From Octopus vulgaris (taxonomy: Eukaryota): 64,000 bases of DNA. Shown here piece by piece: positions 1 to 12,174 of this stretch; positions within the stretch are counted from its first letter, which is position 1; each line of letters opens with the position of its first letter. The notes under the pieces are model-generated. The model had not been told where the DNA came from, did not search any database, and was given only the letters and a program-made list of their open reading frames with translations. A program made the translations under genes and the position numbers. The stretch covers positions 149,358,001-149,422,000 of the forward strand of contig OX597817.1 of NCBI GenBank assembly GCA_951406725.2. Direction: 5' to 3'.

Positions 1-195
1 GTGGTGGTGGTGGTGGTGGTGGTGGTGGTGGTGGTGGTGGTGGTGGTGGTGGTGGTGGTGGTGGTGGTGGTAGTGGTGATGATGATGATGATGATGATAA
101 TGATGATGATGCTGATGATGATGATGGTGATGGTGATGGTGATGATGATGAAGGTGGTGATGATGATGGTGGTGATGATGATGATAATGATGATA

Positions 196-243
<48 letters not shown>

Positions 244-250
244 GTGGTGG

Positions 251-284
<34 letters not shown>

Positions 285-309
285 GGTGGTGATGATGATG
301 ATGATGATG
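1..309. repeat. (GTG)n/(ATG)n compound trinucleotide microsatellite
   Basis: Direct reading; explains the poly-V/poly-M ORF 1..336. Confidence 0.97.
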
Positions 310-546
310 ACAACGGCGTCGATAGCTATGACATGATGGTGATTACGATAGGCGGCGAAAGATTATAAAGGAGAATAAGTAGAGTGAGGGAGATAGATAG
401 TTAGAGAGAGAGAGTAGGATACGAAGAGGTGGTTGACAAGGAGAGTAAGAAAGAGACACAAAAAACGAGCGAGAGAGAAAGAGAAGAAAGAATAGGATAC
501 GAAGAGGTGGTTGATAAGGAGAGCAAGAAAGAAACACAGAAAGAGA

Positions 547-585
<39 letters not shown>

Positions 586-905
586 ATGTGTGAGTGAGAG
601 AAAAAAGTGAGAGAAAGAGAAAGAGAGAAGGATACGAAGAAGTGGTTGATAGAGTAAGAAATTGACACAGAAAGAGAGAGGGAGAAAAAAAGTGAGAGAG
701 AGAGAGAAACGTGTGACAGAGAGAGAAAAAGTGAGAGTGAGAGAGAGAGAAAGAGAATACGAGGTAAATGGAGAGTTTAAAAGAAAAGAGGAGAGGAGAG
801 GAGAGAAAGTGTAGAATCATTACAAGTGCGTTAGTTGGTGCATGTAGACATGAACAAATGATGGCATCTAGGATGTTTAATGATTTATAGAAGATTAAAT
901 ACAAG

Positions 906-936
<31 letters not shown>

Positions 937-1107
937 GCGCGCGCGTGGTACGAAGGTGGAAGGAAGAGAAGAACGACGGCGTGGGGGTGGGGGGGAGAGG
1001 AAACGAAAGGAAGGATTTCCAACGACATGACGATTCGTTCTTCTTTCATTCTATCATCATTTGTTTCCTCCCTTCCTCCCTCCCTCTCTCATTTTCTCTC
1101 TTTTATT

Positions 1108-1159
<52 letters not shown>

Positions 1160-1340
1160 CTATTTCTTCCTCTCCCTCTCACTCGCTCTCCGTCTCGTTA
1201 TGATGAGACATAAAGAGGAAGAACAGAAACGAACAAAAGCCATAGAAGCAACCTGGCATTGAACAACCATCGTCAGCGGAACTGCTAGTGCAAGTTTTCC
1301 GAGAAGAGTCCTAAACTTTTCCTCCTTACTCTTTTACTGT

Positions 1341-1468
<128 letters not shown>

Positions 1469-1613
1469 TACACACACACAAACACACATATATATATATA
1501 CACACATATATCTATCTTTGTTTCCCACACCACGCCTCTCTGATTCTTCGTCGTTTTTCTTCCATTCCTCTCTCTCTCGTTTATTCTCTTTTTACACACA
1601 CGTTCACAAACAG

Positions 1614-1679
<66 letters not shown>

Positions 1680-1858
1680 AACACACGTTTACAAAAGTAC
1701 ACATGCATGCGCACATATAAACATATAATTATACATACATACATATATGCAAATATTTCATCGTAGCCGTGGTCGCTGCCCTTAACGAAAGGAACATCCT
1801 CCTGGCTATCTGACATCTCTCTCTCTCTCTCTTCCTCCGTTTCTCTCTCATACATACA

Positions 1859-1913
<55 letters not shown>

Positions 1914-2047
1914 ATATATATATATATATTTACAAACTGCATACTTCACATGACACGTACCGCCACACGCGCTGTTACGTTATTCGAAATTCCCTTTTAC
2001 CATTCGCACCAACAAACCTCTCCTTCCTTCCTTCCTTCCTTCCTTAC

Positions 2048-2500
2048 CCCGGGGGTCGAGTGGGGGAAGAAAAATAGTTGCACAAACTTAGCTGACACCT
2101 AATCTGCTGGTAATACGATGACAGAGCATTGAAGCTTTTGTTCTCGAACAAGAAAAACCACGAATCGAATGTCCTACTGCACTTTAAAACACCAGCGCAG
2201 CAATCGTTTTCCACCTCTCCGCCCCGATTCACTCGGTCCGTCTCGGAATCGGCGAAGTCGTCGTCGTCGTCGTCGTCGTGGTGATCGTCGTCGTCGTCGT
2301 TCTATCAGTCCGTCAATCAGTCGGTTTGAATTCGTTCGTTAGAAATCACTCGTTCGCTCTGTCGTTCCAACAACAACAATAACAACAACAACAACAACAG
2401 TCCGACGAAGACTATTATTATAATTATTATTATTATTTTATGGGGTTTTTTTTTTTTTTTACGCTTTCTACCCGATCTTCTAACTCGCCCACTCAAGAAG
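2048..2500 (-). other. Candidate non-coding (5'UTR-like) exon, CpG-rich
   Basis: Unique CpG-rich island ending at a strong minus-strand donor GG|GTAAGG (intron would start at 2047); pyrimidine tract on the minus strand at about 2520-2590; no ATG-initiated frame runs open into the donor. Confidence 0.4.
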
Positions 2501-2701
2501 CCATCACACGAAATTACAGAAGAAGAAGAACAAGAAGAACAAGAAGAAAAAGAAAAGACAAAAATAACAAAAAAGAAAAAAAAAAGGAAAACACAGGAGT
2601 TTTTAACTATTGAAATCATCTTCAATTATTATACATGTTCCGCAAAAGGTTAAGACAATTCTCCTTCTCTTTCTTTCTCTCTCTCTCTCACCATGTATGT
2701 A

Positions 2702-2805
<104 letters not shown>

Positions 2806-3076
2806 ATGTATGTACATATACATATGTATATATATATATATACATATACACACACACACATATATATATATTTATATATATACACATATATATATACATA
2901 TATACATATATACATATATACATATATATATATACATATACATATATATATATATATATTATCTGTATCTGTCTTGCACTTGATTCACTGCGGCCATGCT
3001 GGTGCACCGCCTTCAAAAAACTTTGAATCGACCTCACACTTTGGACATATCTTTGTCCTTCGCTGTAAATATATAT

Positions 3077-3111
<35 letters not shown>

Positions 3112-3409
3112 ATAAGTAGATACACACACATACACATGTCATATATTCGTTCGTTCGTTCGTTGTTTCATTCAATGACGAATCATTTTACTTATCTCATT
3201 TGTTTTTTCTTTCTTTCTTCTGCTTTGTTTTAATCTCATTTTTTAAAATTTCTTCTTTCTCTCTATTTTTCGTCTAATTTTTCGTCTGACTTTCTTTCCT
3301 CTATTTTTATCGCCGCTTTTTTTCCCAACCTCGCTGCTTGTCATTGTTGTTATTGTCACTCTACATTTACGATGCCGTTGTAGTTCTTTCCGTCACTGTC
3401 GTTTCCCAC

Positions 3410-3417
3410 GTCATCAA

Positions 3418-3455
<38 letters not shown>

Positions 3456-3561
3456 CATCATCACCACCAACACCATCATCACCATCATCATCATTACTAT
3501 CATTAACATCATCGGCATCATAATCAATGTCAACACCGGCGTAGACATCGCCACCACCACC

Positions 3562-3614
<53 letters not shown>

Positions 3615-3651
3615 AAACATCACTACCGTCGTAGTGATCATCATCGTTATT

Positions 3652-3686
<35 letters not shown>

Positions 3687-3689
3687 CAT

Positions 3690-3721
<32 letters not shown>

Positions 3722-4078
3722 TTACTATCATTAACATCATCGGCATCATAATCAATGTCAACACCGGCATAGACATCGCCGCCACCACCACCACCATCAT
3801 CATCACCATATTCATCATCATCATCATCATCATCTTCATCATAAACATCACTACCATCGTAGTGATCATCATCGTTATCATCATCATTATCATCATCGTC
3901 GTCACCAACAGCGGTCAACGTCGTCGTAGCCGTCATCATCATCATCATTATCATCATCACCATCATCATCGTCCAACTCATCATTACTGTTATCGCTACC
4001 GCCACCACCATCACCACCACCACCACCACCACCACTACCACCACCACTACCACCACCATCACCATCATCATCATCATG
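3410..4078. repeat. (CAT/CAC)n field containing a 228-bp internal duplication
   Basis: attactatcattaacatc at 3493 and 3721; ataaacatcactacc at 3613 and 3841 (period 228). Confidence 0.9.
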
Positions 4079-4182
4079 GATGTTATTACTGTTGTTCAGC
4101 ATCACCCATCATTATCATATTCAACATCAGTGTGTTCTCAGCTCTATTGCATTTCTAATTACGTGTGTGTGTGCGCGTGTGG

Positions 4183-4223
<41 letters not shown>

Positions 4224-4724
4224 TTTCAAAAAGTAGCTATTAAAATCATTATTTGGACACCGAAGACGGGGTTGTTTGCACCACATTCCTGACTATAAAT
4301 CGTTTTCATTATTCCTAGCCATTAACCAAGGTGAGTACAACAACATAAAACTCTTGTGTGTGTGCTGATGTATATACGTGCGTACATGTGTGTATCAATG
4401 TATATGTGTGTGTATATGCGTGTGTGTGTGTGTGTGTGTGTGTATGCGTGTGTGTATCTTCCTTTTCGGGCGCGGACATTTATATCGACGTGTGTGCGTT
4501 AATGTGTGTGTATGTGTGTGTGTGTGTGTATGTGTCTTTCTATGTACGGGTACATACATTTATGTCGACGTGTGTGCGTGCGCTTGTGCGCGTGTGTGCG
4601 TATGTGTGTGTGTGTGTGCGTATGTGTGTGTGTGTGTGTGTGTGTGCGTGTGTCCTTTGTTTTACGCTGCTAGAACGGAGGCTGGACATCCTACTAAGTA
4701 GAGTCTTTGATTGATTCTTCCATA

Positions 4725-4905
4725 GGCACAAGACCTAGGGAGGGGGGAAGAGTTCGATCGATTACATCGATCGCAGGACTTGACTGATACTTTATTTTAT
4801 CGGACGATCCTGGACGGATAAAAGGCGAAGTTGAGCTCGTTCGTGATTTGAACCCAGAACGTAAAGATCCGTAACTAAATGCCGCAAGGCATTTTGTTCG
4901 ACACA
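4725..4905 (-). mobile_element. SINE family A, degenerate copy
   Basis: Reverse-complement similarity to the family A core (tttgaacccagaacgtaaag...gcattttgttcg). Confidence 0.7.
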
Positions 4906-5094
4906 AGAAGATAAGTTAAAAGGTGGGAAAAATATATTTCTCAATAATTTGTTGCTATCGATCTATATATCTTCGTGTGTTGTCGTTGCTCTTGTTAATA
5001 TTGTTTTGTAGTGGTTTAGCCCCAGGACAGGAGAGCCTTGACGGAGCGCACCAATAATCAAAGGTTTTCCAAGCATAACCATCCCAACTCCAGC

Positions 5095-5401
5095 ACCCTC
5101 ATCATCATCATCATCACCACTACCATCATCATCATCAACATCATCATCATCATCATCATCACCACCATCATCATCATCATCATCATCATCATTATCATCA
5201 TCACCACCACCACCACCACCATCATCATCAACATCATCATCGTCATCATCATCACCCTCATCATCATCATCAGTACCGTCGTCTGTCATCGTTGTCATCC
5301 TCTTGATCATCATCATCATCATTGTCATCGTCGTCGTCGTTGTCGTCATCAATGTCATCATCAACATCATTGTAATAATCATTGTCATCATTTTATTATT
5401 A

Positions 5402-5437
<36 letters not shown>
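5095..5437. repeat. (CAT/CAC)n followed by (ATT)n microsatellite
   Basis: Direct reading. Confidence 0.95.
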
Positions 5438-5440
<3 letters not shown>

Positions 5441-5469
5441 CACCACTAACCATGGTTCACTCCTCTTGA

Positions 5470-5800
5470 ATTTAAAACAGTATGGTATGATTTTAGTGGA
5501 GGTTTAGCTGCTATTGCTAGTTAACGGCGTAACCACATTGAGACTCCCATCACTGGGCCGTCATACGTCCAATAATGTTGATGTCGTTGTGGCTGTTGTA
5601 TAGTCCATGATCGGCCTCGATCGTGTAGGACCTACTATCAAAGTCATTCCAGCCGTGACCTTACCGTCTTTTAGCTATATACAAAACGCAGGATCACCTT
5701 ATCCAACATGTTTCTTTCCATGGGACAGTATGGTGTGAGTTGAGGAAGATTTAACTGCTATTTCTAGCAAATTGATCGCATGACCACACCAAGGCCTCCT
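5470..5800 (-). mobile_element. Old interspersed repeat family E (SINE-like), two partial copies
   Basis: Motifs gattt(a/g)gctgctatttctagc and cattccagccgtgacc recur near 5010, 20615, 29130, 35040 (opposite strand), 46200 and 53460. Confidence 0.6.
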
Positions 5801-6003
5801 TCTATTGATTCGTCATTCGTCAAATCGCTAAAGGTGGTATTTGTGAAAAATCACCTCCAACGCCACCAGTCCTACCTTTTCCCTTAGATTTATCCTTTAA
5901 AATGTGTTTTAGCTTTGATTTTTTTATTCTTTTATTTAGTAGTTAGTTGTTGACTCCATGAGATGAATATTAGCAGATACATTTGTCAAAGTTAAACCGT
6001 ATA

Positions 6004-6054
6004 CGCCCCCTAGTGGTTAGGACAGATATTTCAATTGTATACGCCCTCTGGTGG
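6004..6054. promoter_or_regulatory. Tandem pair of CTCF-like motifs
   Basis: CGCCCCCTAGTGG (6004-6016) and CGCCCTCTGGTGG (6042-6054) are reverse complements of CCACTAGGGGGCG and CCACCAGAGGGCG, matching the bilaterian CTCF core. Confidence 0.55.
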
Positions 6055-6493
6055 ACGGAATATCATCATTATTTCTATGAGTAGTGGTGCAATAACGCCA
6101 CTAAATACAATGCTGCGACTTGTTGCACGTTAAAAAAAAATTACGGAGGAGATTGAAGCTTGGCCCCGGGATAAAAACTGTGTAGAAGGATCAAAGGAAA
6201 CGGTAAAAACACTAAATATTTCTCATAGTAAGATGTGAACTCGTTTGCTTCTTCAGGAAAGGCTCTCTACAAATTCTACAACTAAAATATTAAACACACA
6301 CACACAAACACCTATATACATACATACATACATACATAAATCAGTAATAACAAAGGGTGAAATTAATTAATTAAGAAGTAATTAGTAATTTCACCAAGTA
6401 GAATTCGGCATGAAAAAAGACCATTTTATGGTAAGTTTAAGTAATACTATATAATTAGGGTTCACATACATACATACATATATATACACACAC

Positions 6494-6534
<41 letters not shown>

Positions 6535-6853
6535 CGTACATACTTACATACATACACGTACATACTTACATACATACACACATACATTTATACATACGTA
6601 CACACATACATGTATATATACATACACACATACATATACATATATACATGCATACACTCACACGTATGTATAACTTTTAATGATTTATAAGTATTTTTCT
6701 CTCGTTCGATATTTTAAAACTTCAAGCACACACACACACACGCCACGCACATGCGCACACACACACACGACGCATACGCGTACACATGCATAATTTATTT
6801 TTAATTTGAATTAAGAAAACCAACGTAGGACTGACTCTCTCTCTCTCTCTCTC

Positions 6854-6913
<60 letters not shown>

Positions 6914-7102
6914 CAATTTAGAATTTTAACAGAATGCGAGGGATGGTGAAGTTGACTAGAGAAAAAAAGCAAAAAGATATGTTTGGTTAGCAATCAGTAT
7001 TGTTCGTTAACTTCGAAATATTCACTAGATTAATAATTATTTCCTATCTATCTATCTATCTATCAATTTGTCCATCTATCTACCTACCAATATATCTATC
7101 TA

Positions 7103-7136
<34 letters not shown>

Positions 7137-7485
7137 GTACAATAATTAATATAATTTATGTGTGTGTTTGTGGTTATACTGATATACTAGTATGTTATAA
7201 CATATTAATGCTACAGATACAAACGTCTCATTACGGTTATAAATACATAATTACGTTTCTGGATTTGCGCTCATATGTCACACATATGCATATTCATATT
7301 TCGTTGAAAATATCTTATGAATGTGCAGAGACGTGCGCGCAAGTGTTCTAGCGGAATATATGTATGTATGTATGTATGAGTGTGTGTGTGTGTGTATGAA
7401 TCTTTATATGTGCATATGCGTGCTAAATCATATATGTGTATACGTGTGACTTTCATTTTCTCTTTTCTGTCTACTTTCACTTCAG

Positions 7486-7535
7486 AACAGAACAAGCTGT
7501 TGCGGCCCACCAAGAGCTGTCGGGAAAACTGCTGA
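7486..7535 (+). CDS. Candidate short terminal coding exon (xQNKLLRPTKSCRENC*)
   Basis: About 33-nt pyrimidine tract tttcattttctcttttctgtctactttcacttc then AG (7484-7485), followed by unique sequence; phase-1 frame stops at TGA 7533-7535. Product not recognised. Confidence 0.35.
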
Positions 7536-7913
7536 TACTATCCGTTTAGCTGATCTATAACTACAAATACGTTGTATTCCAACATTGAGTTTGGTCGGTA
7601 CCGGTCCTCGCTTTTACAGCTTCTCCTCTCGAATCAGATGATCGTCAAAAACAGCAAAAAGTCCTTCTATTTTGTGGAGTATTTCAATATCAAATGAAAA
7701 AAGAAAAAAAAATTATTTAATATTTTTTTAAAAAAAAGTTTTTAAAATTATTCAAAAGAGAAGAAAAAAATGTTTTAAACACTTTAAAATTTCCATGAAC
7801 AGTGTAAAAGTGAAAGATATCTAAAAAAAAAAAAAATACATTTTGTCAAATTTCCATAGTCCACTTACTGGAAATTTTGCAGTGAAATTTTTGGGTAAGT
7901 CTCATTTATCCTT

Positions 7914-7956
<43 letters not shown>

Positions 7957-8499
7957 TTTTACATTTACCATTTGCTAAATTTCTCTTGTTTCTTGAAAGT
8001 ATTTTTAAAATTTATTTCTATCATTTTGCTGTATTACGTGTATATGTATGTATATAAGTATGTGAATATATATATATGTGTGTGTGTGTGTGTGCGTGTG
8101 TGTATTCGCTACTTTTTCTTGTTTCACTTAGCTTCTTCCTCTTCTTCGTATGTTAAACCTTACAATGGTGGGAGGGAGTTGCCATGTCCCGTATTCTGGA
8201 ACTACCAACGTCCTGACATCAGTTACCAATCATGTTCACTTCTATTTTAGAAAATGGGAGGATTAATGGGGGGAAAAAAAGAAAGAACACAGGAATACCA
8301 GTACTTAGAGAATTACTGAGTTCAAATCCGGCCGGACCTACTTTATAATTTTTCCCTTCTATTATCGATAAAAGTAACAATAATATACTGGTATCGGATT
8401 AAACGGGTATTTTTATTTTTCGTTTTTTTTTTCTACCAGCGGAAGTTTCTTCTTTTTTTTTTCTTTTTTTTTTTTTTTGCTTTAATTTGAATATGTTTT

Positions 8500-8680
8500 A
8501 GTCAGAGGAGGGAAAGTACCTTCCTTGCTCTGGAAGAACAGGAAAATGCTAAAGGAATCTTTGAGCTTGGGGTGGGGAGAAATTTATCGTCATATTGGTT
8601 AACTGGTCCAAATGATTGCAATAATATAGCCTGGCCTTTAGGCCAGGCTGTGGGGTTTAAATCGAGTAAATGATTTAGCC
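8500..8680 (-). mobile_element. Possible decayed CR1-like LINE RT N-terminal fragment
   Basis: Minus frames give LDLNPTAWPKG...IPL and FQSKEGTFPP, loosely like the LD..KA.GPDG...PL..LF..S...G.FP motif; frameshifted. Confidence 0.3.
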
Positions 8681-8729
8681 TGCCAGAGCCCTCCTTCGAG
8701 CAACAGACATCGTAATGGACAATAATAAT

Positions 8730-9142
8730 TATCCTTTCTACTAGAGGCACAAGGCCTGAAATTTTGGAGGAAATGGGGCTAACAGGTACTTATTTCATTG
8801 ATCCCAAAAGGATGAAGTGCAAAGTCGACCTCGGCGGAATTTGAACTCACAACGTAAGGACGGGTGAAATGCTGCTGAGTATTTTGTCCAGCGTGCTAAC
8901 GACTCTGCCAGCTCATGGCTTCAATAATTTTTCTCTACAATAGGAACAGGCCTGAAATTTCGTGGGAGGGGACTAACCGATCATGTTAACTTTACTGCTC
9001 AACTAGTACTTATTTTATTGACCCCAAAAGGATTAAAGGCCAATTCGACTTCGGTGGAATTTGAACTCAGAACGTAAAGACGAATGAAATGCTGCTAAGC
9101 ATTCCATCCAGCGTGCGGAATACTCTACCAGCTCGCCGCCTT
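8730..9142 (-). mobile_element. Two tandem SINE family A copies (8730-8922, 8930-9142)
   Basis: Each has aaagtcgacctcggcggaatttgaactca-like core and a head ending gctcgccgcctt or similar. Confidence 0.9.
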
Positions 9143-9161
9143 AATAATAGCAATTACTATT

Positions 9162-9380
9162 AAGGCGGCGAGATGGCAGAATCGTTAACACGCCGGGCGA
9201 AATGCTTATCGGTATTTCGTCTGTGTTTACGTTCTGGGTTCAAATTCTGCCGAGGTCGACTTTGCCTTTTATCCTTTCGGGGTCGATAAATTAAGTACCA
9301 GTTGTGTACTGGAGACGATCTAATCGACTGGCTCCCTCCCCAAAAATTCCGGGCTTTGTGCCTAGAGTAGAAAAGAATTG
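9162..9380 (+). mobile_element. SINE family A, full length, tail type a2
   Basis: Head aaggcggcgagatggcagaatcgttaacacg with A/B-box-like motifs (TGGCAGAATCG, GGGTTCAAATTC), core gcctttyatcctttcggggtcgataaattaagtaccag, tail ...gtgcctagagtagaaaagaatt. Confidence 0.93.
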
Positions 9381-9400
9381 TTTTAATAATTCTTTAAATA

Positions 9401-9820
9401 GGCGTAGAAGTGGCTGTGTGGTAACTAGCTTGCTTACGAACCACATGGTTCCAGGTTCAGTCCCACTGCGTGGCACCTTGGGCAAGTGTCTTCTAGTATA
9501 GCCTCGGGCCGACCAAAGCCTTGTGAGTGGATTTGGTAGACGGTAACTGAAAGAAGCCCGTCGTATATATGTATATGTATGTATATATGTATGTGTGTGT
9601 ATATGTGTGTGTGTCTTTGTTTGTGCCCCCAACATCGCTTGACAACCGATGCTGGTGTGTTTATGTCTCCGTAACTTAGCAGTTCGGCAAAACAGACCGA
9701 CAGAATAAGTACTAGGCTTATAAAGAATAAGTCCTGGGGTCGATTTGCTCGACTAAAGGCGGTGCTCCAGCATGGCCGCAGTCAAATGACTGAAGCAACT
9801 AAAAGAAAAAGAAGAAAAGA
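9401..9820 (+). mobile_element. SINE family B, full length
   Basis: tRNA-like head ggcgtagaagtggctgtgtggtaa...ggttcagtccc, internal TATG/TG tract, tail ...gcatggccgcagtcaaatgactgaagcaactaaaag; homologues at 14347, 30494, 60265. Confidence 0.93.
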
Positions 9821-10092
9821 AGAAATCATTTACTTGAATGTACAACGTTCTGCAGATGGAAACCACAAGATGGTTGCGCCCTTTTTTCTCTATGTACTAT
9901 TAAGAGCTGATTAAGAGATAATTATTTAAGAGCTGATTAATACTCTTCATAATGACTCTTAATTATCATTTCCTATTTCCACAGAAAAATTGAAACTCTG
10001 AGTATTCACATTCTAATGAGTCCTTCTCGGTTCATTAGAGCACTGTTTTATAACAAGCTGCAATGGTTTATATTAATATGATATAAATCGTT

Positions 10093-10270
10093 AGGGTGGC
10101 GAGCAAAATGCTTAGCGGCATTTCGTCTGCCATTACGTTCCGCCGACGTCAACTTTGGCTTTCATCCTTTCGGGGTCGATAAAATAAGTACCAGTTGAGC
10201 ACGGGGGTCGATGTGATCTACTTACTCCATCCCCGAAACTGCTGGCCTTGTGCCGAAACTTGAAATCAGA
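10093..10270 (+). mobile_element. SINE family A, internally deleted
   Basis: Family A core and a2 tail. Confidence 0.85.
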
Positions 10271-11241
10271 ATTATATAAATCGTTAACGAACGGACTTAT
10301 CTAAAGGTACTTGGCCGAGTGGTTTGGTAGTTATACGGTCGCAACATCACGCTCCAATCGATTCAGTTGCTAATGAGTAAACCTGCGACGGACTGCTGTC
10401 TTGTCCAGGGGGAATGTTGTGCTCTCGGCCATTTATATACGCCATGGAAATTGGATAACCGGCCCTATGAGTCCGCGGACCCGCGACTAAAGTGTCCAGA
10501 GAGCGATAATGACGGGGAAGAGACCCAATATTTAAATACAGGTTTACACACACACGCGCGCGCGCGCGCGCGTCACATACATGCACACACTCACGCACAC
10601 GTACAATCATACATACAGACAGACAAATGATACAAATGTATGTATGTTTCTTTATCTTTCATTTTTTTGTTTTTTAATATGGAAACGACTGTGTTTCAGT
10701 TTGATCCTTTAAATTTAATGTTTTCCATATTTCTTGTCAATCCTTTAATATGTTTGGTTTGAAAAAATAATATCCCAAACTCCATAAAACCTCGCGGCGT
10801 CATTGTTTGAATTAAATTATGTTAATGGGCGAGTTGCTACTGCGTTTTGCAGTTGGCAGCACGAGATCATGGGAATAATGATGATATAGCGGAAAAAATA
10901 TATCGCTGCCGGACTCAAAATTATTTAACGATTACTTTTACAGTTTTTTTTTTTTTTTCATGTAAGCTCCTATGAATTTATTGATTTTTGCTTTTTAATT
11001 GCTTCGAGTAAAAGCTTCTTTAATTTTCTACGGATTTTCTACGGACCTTCTTGGACAGGACGCTAGTGTTATCAACTAAAGACAAGGCCGAGAATGTTTT
11101 TCAGTGTTAATGGACTTAGAAATGTTGTTTCTAATTAAACATTATGGATTAATAAGAAAATATAACACGCTTTAAGGAAAAGTTGTTCCTTATTCCTCTG
11201 TCTGTCTGACTCTCTCTCTCATTCTCTCTCTCTCTCTCTCT

Positions 11242-11305
<64 letters not shown>

Positions 11306-11383
11306 ATATATATATAGATATATATATATATATTTATATATGTGTGTGTGTGTGTGTGTGTGTATACGTGTGTGTGTGTGTGT

Positions 11384-11625
11384 GAAGTTGCGTGACATAG
11401 GGGTTAGGGATGTTGCACTCACGATCACTAGATCGTGAGATCGATCTTCAGACCCGCTACGTAATGTGTTCTTCAGCAATATACTTCAATGCTCCATCTT
11501 CTCGGCTCTAACTGGACAACCCCGCGACAGAGTAACCCTCCAGCCAGCGAGATGTCATCACTCGAAAGCTATAACCATGCTAAGTGCATTTTGACCAGCG
11601 ATGTGTAACAACATCCAATAGTCTG
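11384..11625 (+). mobile_element. SINE head D + tail T2, degenerate
   Basis: gtgaagttgcgtgacatagggg head; gcattttgaccagcgatgtgtaacaacatc tail. Confidence 0.65.
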
Positions 11626-12025
11626 GCAGAAACGCTAGCACGCTGGGCGAAATGCTTAGCAGTAATTTGTCTGCCGCTACGTTCTGAGTTCAAATTCCGC
11701 CGAGGTTGACTTTGCCTTTCATCCTTTCGGGGTCGATAAATTAAGTACCAGTTACATACTGGGGTCGATACAATCGACTTAATCCGTTTGTCTGTCTTTG
11801 TTTGTTCTTTCTGTGTTTAGCCCCTTGTGAGTAGTAAAGAAATAGGTATTTCGTCTGCCGTTACGTTCTGAGTTCAAATTCCGCCGAGGGCGACTTTGCC
11901 TTTCATCCTTCCGAGGTCGATTAAATAAGTACCAGATACGCACTAGGGTCGATGTAGTCGCCTTAATTGCTTTGTCTTTGTTGGTCCCCTCTATGTTTCT
12001 TAACCTCCTATGGGCAATAAAGAAA
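11624..12025 (+). mobile_element. SINE family A dimer
   Basis: Second unit restarts at ...aaagaaata|ggtatttcgtctgccg and lacks the 5' head. Confidence 0.92.
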
Positions 12026-12136
12026 TATATATATATATATATATATATAAGTATGTGTGTGTGTGTTTGCGTGTGTGTGTGTGTGTGTGTGTGCTTGTGT
12101 GTGTGTGTTTGAATGTGTGTGTGTGTGTGTGTTTGA

Positions 12137-12174
<38 letters not shown>

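Noticed and set aside
1740-1816. Minus-strand peptide [22 protein letters not shown]
   Set aside because: Protein-like but short, flanked by SSRs, with no acceptor and only a microsatellite-derived GTATGT donor.
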